The notes under the pieces: model-generated
Seen by the model: only the letters and a program-made list of their open reading frames with translations
Told to the model about the DNA's origin: nothing
Databases searched by the model: none
Assembly: GCA_951406725.2 (NCBI GenBank)
Contig: OX597815.1
Coordinates: 105,586,001 to 105,650,000 of the forward strand
DNA length: 64,000 nucleotides
Reading direction: 5' to 3'
From: Octopus vulgaris
Taxonomy: Eukaryota
Shown: piece after piece, positions 12,061 to 26,154 of the stretch
Numbering within the stretch: position 1 is the first letter of the stretch
How the letters are laid out: every line of letters begins with the position of its first letter
Made by a program: the position numbers and the translations under genes

Positions 12061-12280
12061 CGTGGGGGTACCGAAAAGTACCTGGCTTGGGTAAAAGAAA
12101 ATACAGGAGGATCAGTTAATTACGATTCTATTCAACATATTACCCTCTCAGATTCACACGCTTATTGCAGCAGTCCTTCAATTTGTTTTTTTAAGCCCTG
12201 TAAATGAACTCAGAAGATTAGGCCTCCAACATGATTTTTCGCTATACTCTTAAAGCCAGAAACTTCTCAGCACATTCTCG
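12061..12280. mobile_element. Mariner-type MITE
   Basis: TA then cgtgggggtaccgaaaagtacctggctt; right end aagccagaaacttctcagcacattctcg is an imperfect ~28-bp inverted repeat. Confidence 0.65.
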
Positions 12281-12739
12281 TTAGTTGAGGATACACGGGT
12301 CAGTGGAGTACTAAGTCATTAACACATCTCTGTGGAATGCTCAATAAAGGGGTAGTTCAGTTGATCGAGTAACAGAATATTCATCATCGAAACCGATGGG
12401 GATCCAGTTATTGTCGTTAATACCCGTACGTGTATGTATAAGTATACACGTAATACACATCCGTAAGCATGATGTATATTGAAAGGTAAACAAATGTGCA
12501 GAGGTACCCAACTAGTCATATACTCATTTACAAACAGAGCAATGTACAAGTATACAGAGGTATATAGTTATCCTGGGCCGTCTTAGCAGACTTATAGATC
12601 CCCTGGTAAACCATTGCACTAGGCCCTATAGCAGTTACATATTGACAGTAAATCATAGCAAATATAGATCACGAATGGGCTTCTAAAATCGTAAGATCCT
12701 CGAGTAAATGTTGCCACCTCAAGAAAAACGTAACATAAT

Positions 12740-13135
12740 CTTTTCTACTCTAGGTACATGGCCCGAAATTTTGGGAGAGGGGCCCGTCGATTAGATCGAC
12801 TCCAGTACGTAACTGGTATTTAATTTATCGACCCCGAAAGGATGAAAAGCAAAGTTGACCTCGGTGGAATTTGAACCCAGAACGTAGACAGACAAAATAC
12901 CTATTTCTTTACTACCCACAAGGGGCTAAACACAGAGAGGACAAACAAGAACAAACAAGGACAGACAAACGGATTAAGTCGATTACATTGACCCCAGTGC
13001 GTAACTGGTACTTAATTTATCGACCCCGAAAGGATGAAAGGCAAAGTCGACCTCGGCGGAATTTGAACGTAGCGGCGGACGAAATACCACAAAGCATTTC
13101 GCCCGGCGTGATAACGTTTCTGTCAGCTCGCTGCC
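12740..13135 (-). mobile_element. Two tandem SINE family B copies
   Basis: Two copies of aactggta(c/t)ttaatttatcgaccccgaaaggatgaaa..caaagt.gacctcgg.ggaatttgaac. Confidence 0.85.
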
Positions 13136-13680
13136 AAAAAACGTAACATAATGCATACATAATGTAATGCAACCTACAACCACCTCCTTTTGGTTATTCT
13201 AGAATATGTACACATACATTTGTGAATATAGTTCAGAGGACATTCCATTTATAGTGAAGGGTTAAACGCATCATTCTTTACTTTTTATGCTAAAACTTAA
13301 GTAAATAAATTAGAAACTGGACTAGACCGTGAGATAAATATAGCATGTTCCCACAACCACACTGCGCCTCAAGAGCCTTTAAAAGAGTGGTCATTCGACA
13401 TGCTAATAATAGCAGCTAAATCTCTCTCAAGTTAAATTCTACCATCCATTTTGAAATAAGGACGTATTGGACACTAGCTCTAAAAACACTGTCTCAAAAA
13501 TAGACAGCCATGGGCCATGGTTGGAACGCTTTTGATCATGCATCTAGTCAATTAGGGCAGTCCCAGGGATAAACAATACTATTAACATCGCACTATAATT
13601 CTCATCATAATCATTGTCACCAACATCATCATTACCATCATTATTCTTGTCGTTGTCGTCCATCATCACAACCATGAACA

Positions 13681-13915
13681 CCTATTTCTTTACTACTCAC
13701 AAGGGGCTAAACAAAGAGAGGACAAACAAGGACGGACAAACGGATTAAGCCGATCATATCGACCCCAGTGCGTAACTGGTACTTATTTAATCGACCCCGA
13801 AAGGATGAAAGACAAAGTCGACCTCGGCGGAATTTGAACTCAGAACGTAGCGACAGATGAAATACTGATGAGCATTTCGCCCGACGTGCTAACGATTCTG
13901 CCAGCTCGCCGCCTT
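13681..13915 (-). mobile_element. SINE family B, full copy
   Basis: High similarity to 12900-13135 and 48154-48382. Confidence 0.9.
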
Positions 13916-13973
13916 GAACACCGCCACAACAATCATCATTATAATAACCCTTACCATCATCATCATCACCACT

Positions 13974-14007
<34 letters not shown>

Positions 14008-14384
14008 CAATCACCATCAGCATGACGATGAGGATTATGGTAGAGGTGGTAGTGGTTCAGCTAATGATGATAATGATGGCGCTAGTGAAAGTAGTAGTGA
14101 AGTTCGAGACGTGTTTATGGAAATATATGGAACTAGAGTTACAGGTACTATAGAACTGGCAGTACTAGTAGCGTAGAACTAATATTGCTAATAGTATTGG
14201 ACTCTTAATAATCGTTGAGTAGGATGGTGGTAATGAAGACTTTCTTATTGGCATTTTCTATAAATACTTTGCCAATTGGCAAGCCATATCTATCTATATC
14301 TAGCTATGTTCCGAACATACAACTTTTTCACATTGCTTTCCCCCCCCACTTCTCCACCCTCTCTCTCTCTTTCTCTCTCTCAAC

Positions 14385-14391
14385 ACACATG

Positions 14392-14451
<60 letters not shown>

Positions 14452-14680
14452 TACGTATATATATATGTTTGTGTCTATGTGTCTGTGTGTGTATACATGT
14501 GTGTATGTGTGTGTCTATATGTGTATATATGCGTGTATGTGTGTGTATGTATGTGTATATATATGTGCGTATGTGTGAATATGTGTGTGCATGTGTGTAT
14601 GTGTATGTCTATGTGTGTGTGTATTTATATATATATATATTGTGCGCGCGCGTGTGTGTGTGTACGTGTATTCGCATATG
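14385..14680. repeat. (TA)n and degenerate (TG/TA)n microsatellite field
   Basis: Visible directly. Confidence 0.9.
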
Positions 14681-15327
14681 CATAATTACATCTCTTTGCA
14701 TATAAGTGTCTGTACATATGTGTTAAAGCGTGTCTATTTGTGTATACATTGTTTTCGCTTGTCTTACTATACAGAAACAAATTTACTCAATATAGACGTA
14801 AAACTATGTTCAATGCAATGTATGTATATATACTAAACTGGTTTGCACCTTTGGTTACTACCCACACAGATACAAGACGTATAGATAGATATATATGTAT
14901 ATATATATATATATATATACAGTCATGCATATATGTGCTTTGTTTTAGGATTTCTTGTTTAGCTCTGTTTGTTCTACGTCTATGAACGTGTGTGTGTATG
15001 TGTGCGAGTGGGGTGTGTATGTGTGTGTGTGCGTGTGTGTGGTTGGGTGTATGGGTAAATCTGTAATGAAGACAATGAGTTGTGTATGCAATTACTCTAC
15101 GTATTATGCGTGTTTTATATGTCCAAAGCTATTTATATAATATTGATGTATTGATTCGGTGGAGCTGAGTGTGTGTGTGTTTGAAAGGGTGTAATATATG
15201 CATGTGTAGCACTATGTATGCTTGAGTGTCTATGTGTATGTATGAGCGTGTGTATGTATGTGAGCGTTTTTGTCCATCCACTTGAGTGGACAGTAGAATT
15301 GCGTGTATATATAAATGAGCATGTACG

Positions 15328-15381
<54 letters not shown>

Positions 15382-15679
15382 TATACACACATATCTATAA
15401 AACACACATATATATATATGTGTGTGTGTATTATGAGTACAGGTATGTTTGTTAAAGTGTATGTATGTTATATACTTTCTATATGTAGGTACACCACCAA
15501 CAAAACCACTATCATCACCATCACTACTGTCGCCACGACAGCTACCACCTCACTACCACATCCATTACCACCACCATCACCACCACCACTACCACCGTTA
15601 TCAATACTACTAACCTCCCCTTCAGCAACATCGATATCTTTATCATAGTTATCAGCAGTATGTATAGCAACTGCGTCAC

Positions 15680-15731
<52 letters not shown>

Positions 15732-15868
15732 TATCCATCACTTTATGGTATTAGATGAATTTATGGATGTGAGGTGTAAAATAAAGAGAAAATCTCGGTC
15801 TATAATGCAGATTCATTAATGCTCTCTCTCCCTCTTTTTCTCTCTTTATCTCTCTATCTCTCTTTCTT

Positions 15869-15906
<38 letters not shown>

Positions 15907-16144
15907 TTAGTTAGGTCACGGAAAGGCAACAGTCATTCTGGGAGGATTCGAACCCCCATACCTCTGCCAACCAACATCTTATGTTAAATCATCAATTAAA
16001 CAGATTACAGACTCATTAACAGTGCTTGTTTTTTTTTTCTTTTTTCATACTAAACTGTAATTGTAAACTAATTATAATTAATTAGCTATACTGGACAGTC
16101 CTAAAGGTGACAGCTAAAATATAACATCTATCTATATATATATA

Positions 16145-16197
<53 letters not shown>

Positions 16198-16275
16198 GTA
16201 TACAGAGAGAGAGACAGACAGACAGACAGATGTCTGCGTGTCAATTTCTCCATTTTCTTCCTTTTCTCATTCATG

Positions 16276-16342
<67 letters not shown>

Positions 16343-16409
16343 TAGACAGACAGACAGTCTTACGCGCGTGCGCACACACACTCACACATATCGAACATGT
16401 GCATATCGA

Positions 16410-16645
16410 CCCGGCAAAGGAGCCTCGACGTCGTCTGCTAATCAGCTAGAAATAGCAACCACATCTTTCTCTAACTCCGCTCCAGCGTTTTACACAAAGT
16501 AAGAGCATTTAGGATAACGTAGTCTTAGATACACTCCAAAAGAAAAAGAAAATAAAGAGAAAAAACGAAAATGGCACGGCGGCTGAATCACCTTTAATCA
16601 TAAGTCTGCTTTCTCAGAGCTGACCTGTGGCTAAACAACAACATC
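16410..16645 (+). repeat. Old interspersed repeat ending ctgacct(g)gggctaaacaacaac; related copies at ~13370-13580 (+) and ~17020-17220 (-)
   Basis: Shared gcta(g/at)aa(a)tagcagc internal motif and ggctaaacaa terminus. Confidence 0.55.
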
Positions 16646-19511
16646 GACAACTATAAATCCTCTATATGACATGCTATACAAGATTATGAAAGACGTGGCT
16701 TCTGTATCAAGTGTGCGTGGGACGTGTAAAGAGGCATAATAACACATCGTCCTATCAACGGCTTATAAACTGGAAACAGAATTTAATAAGTCGCTTCAAC
16801 ACGTGTTTTGAATTCTTTCCAAAAAATTATACGAAAATAGAAAATAGTTGCACTTGTACAAGGCTTATGGACAGAGGAGAGAGAAATGTTTAGAATTATA
16901 ACAATCAATAACTAGTAGAGACATGATGTATAGGATATAGAATTGACTGGACAGTGGAGAAATTACAACACGTTCAGACAACTATACTACACTTCATGCG
17001 ATAAACCATTGTATACTGTTATTGTTTAGCCCCAGGTCAACCCTTACTGAGTAGATACAAGATCAAAAGGCTTTCGAGTCATGATTGCCAGTTCTTCTCT
17101 TCAGCATTGAATATTTAAGACTTTAATATCTAATCTATCCTTTCTTTTCATGGAGGCACTGTGTATTTTGAAAGGATATTTTATTGTTACTGCTTGCAAG
17201 ACAAGCAGCCACGTAAACAATCACCCGAGCAATGACTTGGACCAATGCGAAAGGTCCTTTGATTATCCTCGTCTACATTAGAAGATTTCTAAGGAATTTT
17301 GATGAGTGACCCTTTATCCCATCAGCAGTAAATGAAGCGCAGAAAAGTGTTTCGGTTAATTCGGTAAATCCCTGCCTCTGTACAAAAGGTAGCACCTGGT
17401 AGGGACTGCATGAACAATTTGAGGTGCTGCCCTCAAATAGGTAGAAGTAACTGCATATCTGGAACAGGGAGGTTGTGGATGCACCTAGTATTGCACTATC
17501 TCGTTACCATAGTTCTGTATGATTAGGAGCTGTCCTGAGTCGTTACATTTCTCTTGTAACTTACATAGCATGTCTCCGCCTACTTAAGGACAACACTGGC
17601 ATTCCGATATGTAGAAGTTGCTGCTGATGCTATTGTTCAGCCTCAGTTCAATCTTGATTGAACAGAACTATAAAAGAAAGATGTTCTAAGCTACGCAATG
17701 GCGAGATGTGACTGTTACATCTAGTAGGTCAGGCCACCACTTAGAGACTCATTCTTTGGCTCGTATGCATACCTTTAGTTGTGGTTCTTCTACATTCATC
17801 ATTAGCAGTAAGCAATCCAACCTAATACTCAAAGGGAGAAAAATATGCGTTAAATGTATTTGAGAAACTTTGGTTAAGTATTCACAAGAGTAGTTATTTC
17901 AAAATCTGAAATAATAGAACAAATACTCATGCAAAATTCCGAGGTGCATGGATTATAATTTAATTTGATATGTATCAGTTATAACTCTAGAGACATACGA
18001 TAAATTCAATACTTTGTTATCAGCTTAAAACCGTGGATACGGTCAAGTATTGTAACTAGAATTAATATATTTAACCGTTAACTGGAAATATTTTCATTTT
18101 AGTTTTTCTTGTTTTAATGTACCACTGTAACGTATCAGAACAGGGATGAATGCAATGCTCTCTTGACAAAGAACAATGTACAATGTTATCTGTAGAAGAG
18201 TACAAATTGCTAAGGAATTCTATTTATAGAAGATATTACAATATATATAAAAAAAACATTATTCTAAAGGAAATAAAATGTATTTTGTGAAGTTCGAGTG
18301 GTTAGTTTGTACAAATTTCTCCCGAAAGATTGGTATTTTTAAGTCTTGATATGCCGAGCTGTTTTGTAGAGTATCTTATTTTGAAGCATTGGTTTAAAAA
18401 AATTGAGTATTTAGAGATGTAATAACAGAAGTTATTCAGTGACCTCTGATCGGTGGGAAAGGAAGTCATACGATTTCTACCAGTTTAAAACAGTGTGAAA
18501 GGTCTAATACAGAATAGAACTAGTCTGTCAAAGTGGGCGTGTGTCGCAGAACACTTAGAAAATAAGGATAGAAAATTTAGTTGTGCTGTATTTAGCGAAG
18601 AATCAAGTGGCACGCCTACTGCTTGAAAATGGTAATAGATTCTGTGAGGATCCTGCTAATCACTGTTACATAATTATTTCCAGAATTACAATACAATATT
18701 GATTTGTTACATTAATACATGCCCACAAAACTGTTGGGCAAGTGTATAATGGATTGAATCAACTCCAGTACATGACTAGTATGATGCGAAGTATATACGT
18801 TGAAGTTTGAAATTGTTATGTCTTTGAAGTTCTTTCGGGAAAGATTATATTATTATGACGCTAGATCCAAAACAACTGCACGATCACTTTTTTTTTTGGA
18901 TGCAATCATTTCAGATAAAAAATACTAAGGAATGGGTGGAGCGTGTAAAATTAAGTGTGGCAAAGACTTGGCCGAACAGTCCTTGAAGAACTAGTGATGA
19001 TTAGAAATTTTATCTGATTAATCATTCCAACTACTTGGACTTTGAGGGAAAAACAAAACGATATTCTCATACATTGCTGCAAAGCACTTCCTCGTTTTTT
19101 GTATTTTTCTTTTTTGTTTTTTTGTTTTTTTTATTTTGTGTTTTGTTTTGTTTTGTTTCTGTTTTTGCTTTTGTTTTGTTCTTTTCATAATTTACGGTAG
19201 TGCTGCCGCTAGTGATACTGATTCTGATAAGGAAGTGGAGGATAAAGAGGAAGAAGAGGAAGAAGGGTGAGGGAATAGGACAGGGAACAAAGTAATTTAT
19301 TGATTTTCTTACTGTAATTGATGAGGATTGCAACTGTTTGTAATTAAAATATTTGATTGATTTATTTATTGATTGATAGCTTTACTCCGAAAAGAATCGT
19401 CTTGGCACTGGTTTTTGTACCTAATATAATATTACTATATGTAGTAACAAGACGATCATTTTCCAGACAATTAACCCCACTTTAGAGTGTATATTTACAA
19501 TATCTATATTT

Positions 19512-19555
19512 ACTCTACTTTTCGATCAGTTTGACCTCCGAACATCATCAGGTGT
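19512..19555 (-). ncRNA. Degenerate hammerhead ribozyme motif in a PLE relic
   Basis: Minus strand acac-CTGATGA-t-gttcgg..ctgatc-GAAA-agta-gagt with mismatched stems; minus-strand flank at ~19640-19700 weakly resembles a PLE C-terminus. Confidence 0.45.
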
Positions 19556-19789
19556 CTTATTCCTGGTTGTGTATAAAATTTAGTTTTATTTTCTATTCAA
19601 AGAGCATTCATTTCTCAATTAAAGGTAATAACATTCTTATTTGCGTTAGTAGTATATGTTCATGCGACAATTGCCCAGTGAGTGGACATTCAATTTAGAC
19701 ATTTAATCAAGGTTGTTTTGTGCTATTTATTTCTCTTCCATTAACCCTTAGGATAGTTTGAACCCAGCATTTCAAGCTAAGAAATTACT

Positions 19790-20540
19790 CATCATGGCTC
19801 CTATTTACAACACTGATGGAACTATATCTCTGGGAAATTATACTACATCACTGAGAAGGGCATGTCTCATCGACTCTTTGACTGATACTCATCTCCTGTA
19901 ACAATTTGATCTTCGAAAAAGTAAAGTCCAGTCTCTTCTTACATTGTCCTCCCCACACCAAAACGTATGCTAAGTAAGGTGTAATTTTCTTTAGTGAATT
20001 TCCCTAGGATTTTTTAAACTCCAAATCCAGGAGATTTGTTTATGAATGGAGCCATATAAATCAAATTGTGCTTCATTTGAAATTATTAGCTTGTGCATAA
20101 ATCCGAGATTTTCTCTTGCTAATTCTTGAAATCCGACTTCATATTACAATATGTGGAAATAATCTGGTAGCTTCAGTCTTTGCACCAACTTCCTTTTCCA
20201 CTGAAACAGGTTCAATGTTTTAAGAATACGCCGGAGTGACGTCCAAGAAACTCCAACCAACAAAAATCATTTTCGACTTGATATGCTGGGATCCTCTGTA
20301 ATATTCTCCCTTATACCCTCAACTATGGCTTTGTTCATAACCGAGTGAGATCTGCCTATTCGCGTAAGGTGCTTACCGAACCCTGTTTTTCCAAACGACT
20401 ATCCAAATGTCTAATCATTGATTCGTTCGGAGAATCTCGTACACCGTAATAGCGACGATATGCTTGTTGTGTCAAAATAATTGATCTTTTGCTTTGATGG
20501 TAAGATTTCACCATTTGTGTTAGCTGTTTGATAGTGAATT
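19790..20540 (-). mobile_element. Degraded Tc1/mariner-superfamily transposase with DUF4817-type N-terminal HTH
   Basis: QMVKSYHQSKRSIILTQQAYRRYYGVRDSPNESMIRHLDSRLEKQGSV, ENITEDPSISSRK, IISNEAQFDLYG..WIWSLKNPREIH (cf. FSDEAHF..CRIWGSENP). Confidence 0.7.
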
Positions 20541-22064
20541 TTTCCTTGATTAATCTCTTATTTTATTTATTTTATAAGTCTTTTATTTTATCTATTTTAT
20601 AAATAAAGCCAAGGTCTTATTTATAAAATCTGTGAAGAAAAATACAATAAAATGCAATAAAATGCGTGTGTGTGTGTGTGTAACACGGAGCTCTCACAAT
20701 CAATCCCTGCCAGTTGATACTTTTCCTTTACATTTATGTATGCCTACAATGTTGTTTCAATATTGGACTTCTTTGCATAACATGCATCGATGATCTGAAA
20801 CAGGTATAAAGATAATACTTGATTAAATCCCGTAAATTGCATGTGCAACTCTTTGTAAAAATATATTCCTTATGCTTGCTATTGCTTATCTGATTTTCTA
20901 CTTCTATACTCGCTTAATGATGAGCGTTCTTATAGCCATATTTCTACCTCTGCACTACCTAACATCTCTAAATACAAATTAGTAACTATACATACACGAC
21001 TTACATAAGAATTTTATAATCCACCCTTCATATAATATATATATATACACACACATACATACATGTGAGTGTATATATATATATGATAGAGGGAGAGGGA
21101 GAGAGAGAGACGGAGAAAGAAAAAGGAAAATGTATGCGAGAAAGAGAGAATGATATTGATGTATGTAATATCATATTGAATACACAGATTCTGACAAAGC
21201 TATATATAATATATTTATAAAGAAGAACAGTGATGCCCTGAGAGATGATTAACTTAAGACGCTGGTGAAGGAATGGGACATGTCACATATTCGTCATCAT
21301 GCACGTTGTAGTTTTACCATATGAATCCTCGGTTTAATATCACCACTTGGCCCTTGGGTGCCTTTACTGCAATTCACTCAGTTTCAAGAATTCAGGTTTG
21401 GTTTCCGGTTTGCGGATGAGTTCCTCTTTTCATCCATCACACCAGCTTCGGAGGAGTCAAAGAGCCAAAGGTGTGACGTCTTCCCTTTTCTGACTAATTA
21501 ACTTTTAGAAAACAAAGCGCTAGTTATAGTCGATAGATGGAGATAATTTGCAAAATGTTTTTTGTAGTGAAAGTGAAACAGCATAATACTTCTTGCTTTT
21601 TTATTTTTAAGAAAACAGATTTCGATAATTATTTTCAAATGTTTATCTATAAATGTAAGTGAGGACAAACATCAAGTTCATATTCTAAGTTACTAAATTT
21701 TATACCTCACGACTAACTTTTATCATAGTAGTACTACTTCACTTCATTTCTGTATAAAATACAAAATAGAGGTATTAATAAAAAAAATCATTGGCTTTTT
21801 TAAGGCTTGTATAAAAACAAACAAAAAAATCTTATTTCCGTAATAATTATCTCCAACTTGGCAAGACTTGATCAATTAGTTTACTCAGAGGTCATATATA
21901 ATTAAGATGAAAATCATAAAGTATGTTATGCTACCACTGATTATATGATATTCAAGTTTGTAAAGAAGCCAGTTGGCCTGCAGACAAGGAATTGAAAATA
22001 AATAGATATGTGGTTGCGATAACAGTTGAGACTTTTGTTAAAAACATCTATCAATAACGCTTGG

Positions 22065-22156
<92 letters not shown>

Positions 22157-22230
22157 AACTACTACTATCATTATTATTATTATTTTTATTATTATTATTA
22201 TTATTATTATCATTATTATTATTATTATTA
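22065..22230. repeat. (ATT)n(ACT)n(ATT)n microsatellite
   Basis: Visible directly. Confidence 0.95.
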
Positions 22231-22746
22231 AGCAAGAGAAAACTATTTATATCTGCTTTAAATGATCTGTTAAATCTCTGAAGATCTTTCTGCTACAATG
22301 GCAAATAACAAACCATTCTCCTTCCCTCTCTTTCGCTCTATCTTTCTCTCACTTCTCCTCCCTTTCTCTCTCTCCATTTAGCCCCCCTCTCGTTCTCCCA
22401 CTCCATTTCTCAGTCTTCCCTCTCCTCCCTCTCTGCCTTGCGCCCTCTTTCACTTTCTTCCTCTCGTTCTCTCTTTCTCTCTCTCTCTCCCCTTCTCTCT
22501 CTCTCTCCCCTTCTCTCTCTCTCTCTCTCTCTCTTTGACAAAGATATCAAATGATGATAATGCAAATTATGACGATTCATTCAGTATCAATTAAACTCAC
22601 TGTAGTCATAATTCACCTCAAGCAAACGATTTGATACTAGCTAGAATATATTTACATGTACATGTGTGTATATGCATTCCTGCACCGGCGATTGTCTTAG
22701 TACGTATGTATTTAAGCATACATGTATGTATGTATGTATGTATGTA

Positions 22747-22986
22747 TCATATCTATCGGGCATATGGAAGAGAGTGTAATTCAGCAGGAGGACTTAAACG
22801 ACATGCAAAGGTACATGAAGCCCAGTTACAACTACAGCCGGCTATTACTGGTAAAGGTTTTAGCTGCCAATTCTGTACAAGACATTGTAGGTCTTTAGCT
22901 GGGCTAAAAAGTTACATTCGATCACAGCACCAGTAACAGTTAAGCTTCGTGCAATGGCCATACTCGATAACGAGGGGGCAGCCATC

Positions 22987-22990
<4 letters not shown>
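22747..22990 (+). mobile_element. 5'-truncated RTE-type LINE 3' end with two C2H2-like fingers, inside (TATG)n
   Basis: GRECNSAGGLKRHAKVH...FSCQFCTRHCRSLAGLKSYIRSQH*, then a short UTR with ctcg-ataa-cgag stem-loop; analogous finger ends the RTE ORF at 42534-43097. Confidence 0.7.
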
Positions 22991-23019
<29 letters not shown>

Positions 23020-23050
23020 TGTATGTATGTATGTATGTATGTATGTATGT

Positions 23051-23137
23051 CATTATTCAGTTTCTTTCAAGATTTATTGCCAACAGAGAAAGAGCCGGTT
23101 TCTAACCTAGATCCAAGGTTCCTTCATTGGTACTTTT
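23051..23137 (-). mobile_element. Probable short LINE 3' UTR fragment inside a (CATA)n array
   Basis: ~85 bp of complex sequence flanked by (TATG)n on both sides; AATAAA on the minus strand just before the repeat. Confidence 0.45.
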
Positions 23138-23170
23138 GTATGTATGTATGTATGTATGTATGTATGTATG

Positions 23171-23201
<31 letters not shown>

Positions 23202-23766
23202 TGTATGTATGTATGTATGTATGTATGTATGTATGTATGTATGTATGTATGTATGTATGTATGTATGTATGTATGTATGCATCTATCTATCTATCTATCT
23301 ATCTATCTATGCATGCACGTATGCATGTATGTGTATTGAAGTATTATGTTTGTATGTATGAGTATGCATTCATATATACAGAGATGAATGCACTAATATA
23401 TCTCTATATATGATTGTATCTCTGTGTGGGTGCATTACGTATGCATGTATGTTTGTATATGTATATGCATATATATATTTTTAATACATTTACTAGTTTC
23501 AGTCATTAAATTGCGGCAGAGATGGAGCATTGCCCTCAACAGTTTAGTCCATTATATCGACTAGTAATTATTAAGTGTGGTACTATTTTAGCATCTTCTA
23601 CTCGTTAAACAGCTCGTATTTCTTTTTAATTCTTTGGAATCTATATATTTCTGTAAAGTAAGAAATGGCGTGTGTGTTAGTGTGTGTGTGCATGTATGTG
23701 TGTGTGCACACATACACATGCGCACACACACACACTCACATACATGCACACACACGCACATATATA

Positions 23767-23910
23767 GGCGCAGGCATGGCTGTGTGGTAAGAAGTTTGCT
23801 GGTTTCAGTCCCACTGCGTGGCTCCTTGGGCAAGTATCTTCGGTTGTAGCCTCGGGACGACCAAAGCCTTGTAAGCAGATTTGGTGGACGGAAACTGAGA
23901 GAAGCTTATC

Positions 23911-23963
<53 letters not shown>

Positions 23964-24035
23964 CTGAGGATTGTGTTTATGTCTCTGTAACTTAACGGTT
24001 CGCAAAAAAGATCGATAGAATAAGTTCCAGGCTTT
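23767..24035 (+). mobile_element. SINE family A, partial
   Basis: ggcgcaggcatggctgtgtggtaagaag...tcccactgcgtggctccttgggcaagt. Confidence 0.85.
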
Positions 24036-25165
24036 AAATTGTGAGTGCGTGCGCATGCGAGCGTGTGTGTGTGTGTGTAGTGCAAAAGAGAAAGTGAACA
24101 AAGCACCATGAAATGGTGGAGAATTGCATAATTGCCTGATTACCTCTTGAAGTGTGCAGTCGAGGATTCGCAGGTCGTTCCCTCAGTAAAGCTTATCAAG
24201 CCTTACTATGTGAGGAATGAGTAGTGGAGGCACCAAGAATATCATAGAGGCTGCTGAGAAAAGCATCTAGAAGAGTCAAGATGAAAAGTGGTGACCGACG
24301 TAGATCAGCTTGCCTGGATAAGAGTATATGATGTAAGGTTTGAAACAGTTGGTGACTCCAGACTGGTGTGTCATGGTGTGTCAAACTGTTGCTTTCATAG
24401 GTGCTTGTAGAATATATGCGCGCGCGCGTGTGTGTGTGTGTGTAGTCTTATCAAATGGTTGTAGTTATCCACAGTTGATGATGAACACAATTTGAAAAAA
24501 CATAATAGTGCATGAAGTATAGATCTCTTTCTATCTCGAAGTTCTAACATACATTCATCCGAACAGTTTGATTTATATCCTGTCGTCCTAATAACAAAGA
24601 CTATGAATTTAAAGAGTAATTTCGGAACTATTTTTCAAGATTCTTTACTAGTGATTCGTTAATGCTTTTCCTCTGTACTTTTTCCTACACTGTCGTGAAT
24701 TTCTCAGCAGCACATATGTACATTGTAGCCCCAAACAAAAATATGGAATATATCAGTTCCGTTTCAATTTTGCTTGGATGCATTCTTTAATTACTTTTAT
24801 TTTCTGCTAATATCTTTTTCATTCAGTTGTCGCAGTGAACTCACCTTATTGATTGTTGTTATATTTCTGATTCTGATTACATTCTAGATTACTATGGCAA
24901 CCATATTATGCCTCATGCAGCAGTGGTATTTTTCAGACATTCTTTCACATTCAGCAATTGTGTAGCTGATATTTTCAATTGTCAACTGATTGTTCTTTAA
25001 TTTTTTGTTTGGAAAATATTTGGTGGGAATTTCTTGCACCAGGATTGCTTAAACGTAACCTTTCAGGTGAGATGTTAAATTTGCCGTTGGATCCTGCTAT
25101 GCTTTTAATGTGGTTTATTCTCACTACGGTTTGTCTTTTTCATTTGAAGTACACTCTTTTAATAT

Positions 25166-25234
<69 letters not shown>

Positions 25235-26154
25235 AGTGGTATTTCTAATGCTCTTTGAGATCAGTGTCAACTTTTATATCATTTTCTTACTCAAGTTATT
25301 TAACTAGTGTTTTTCTTTTCCTATTCGCAATCTTGAAAAGTTCGTTGGTGAACTTCTTTTCTTTTCTCTCTGCTATAGATGTTTCAGTGTGAAAATCAGA
25401 ACCTCATAGGTAATATTGATTTATGACCGTAGACACCTTCCTTGTGTTAGAAATATAATGTCTAAATGTTGAAATTTCCAATAACCACGAGCAGTTCCCA
25501 TTCCAAAAGTCGGGATAGTCACTGCAAAGTTGTGAGCTTAAAGTTGTCGTGGGCTGAGAGTTGTGATGACTATACTCTTTTAATGTATTTCTTTTTCTCT
25601 CGCCTTAAGTCATCTGTCATTTTGTTCAAGACACTTGTTCTCACCCAGCTTTACAGGCATTGTTGTAATTTCATTCATGTTAAGAATATTTAACAGAAAG
25701 CAAGGGTTTTTTTTCATCTTATCACTAAAGTGCACAATTGAAGATCTCACGAAATTTCATTTCAATTTCTATGAGATTTTGTGTAATGAGATACACTTGT
25801 TTATTGATGTAGTTAATGCTCGATTCATTCAGTTTCAAGTTATCTACAAAGAAAAGTTATATCTGGGTTCAGGGCATCTATTTCATTGAACGCCATATTT
25901 TGAGCAGATGCTTTAACAGGTTTAACGAGCAAACAAAGAGCTGTACTGACTGCAATCATCCCGCAGGAAACTTCTTTGATAATGATCTAATTGCTTTCTT
26001 CTCAGCGAAGAAAGGCAGAGCAACCAGGTCTTGTTAAATGTTAAATTGCAGCTACAGGTGGTGGTAGAACTTTGTAATTGCATACTTTCGTGTATATGTA
26101 TTTTGAATATTTTAGGTATTTTATGGTTATTTGTATTATCTATTACCGTTTTGA

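Noticed and set aside
15925-15975. tRNA-like B box (ggttcgaatcc, minus strand)
   Set aside because: No cloverleaf or A box; likely SINE head debris
24480-26050. Possible ancient R4-type LINE (minus strand)
   Set aside because: Only faint motif echoes; not enough to call
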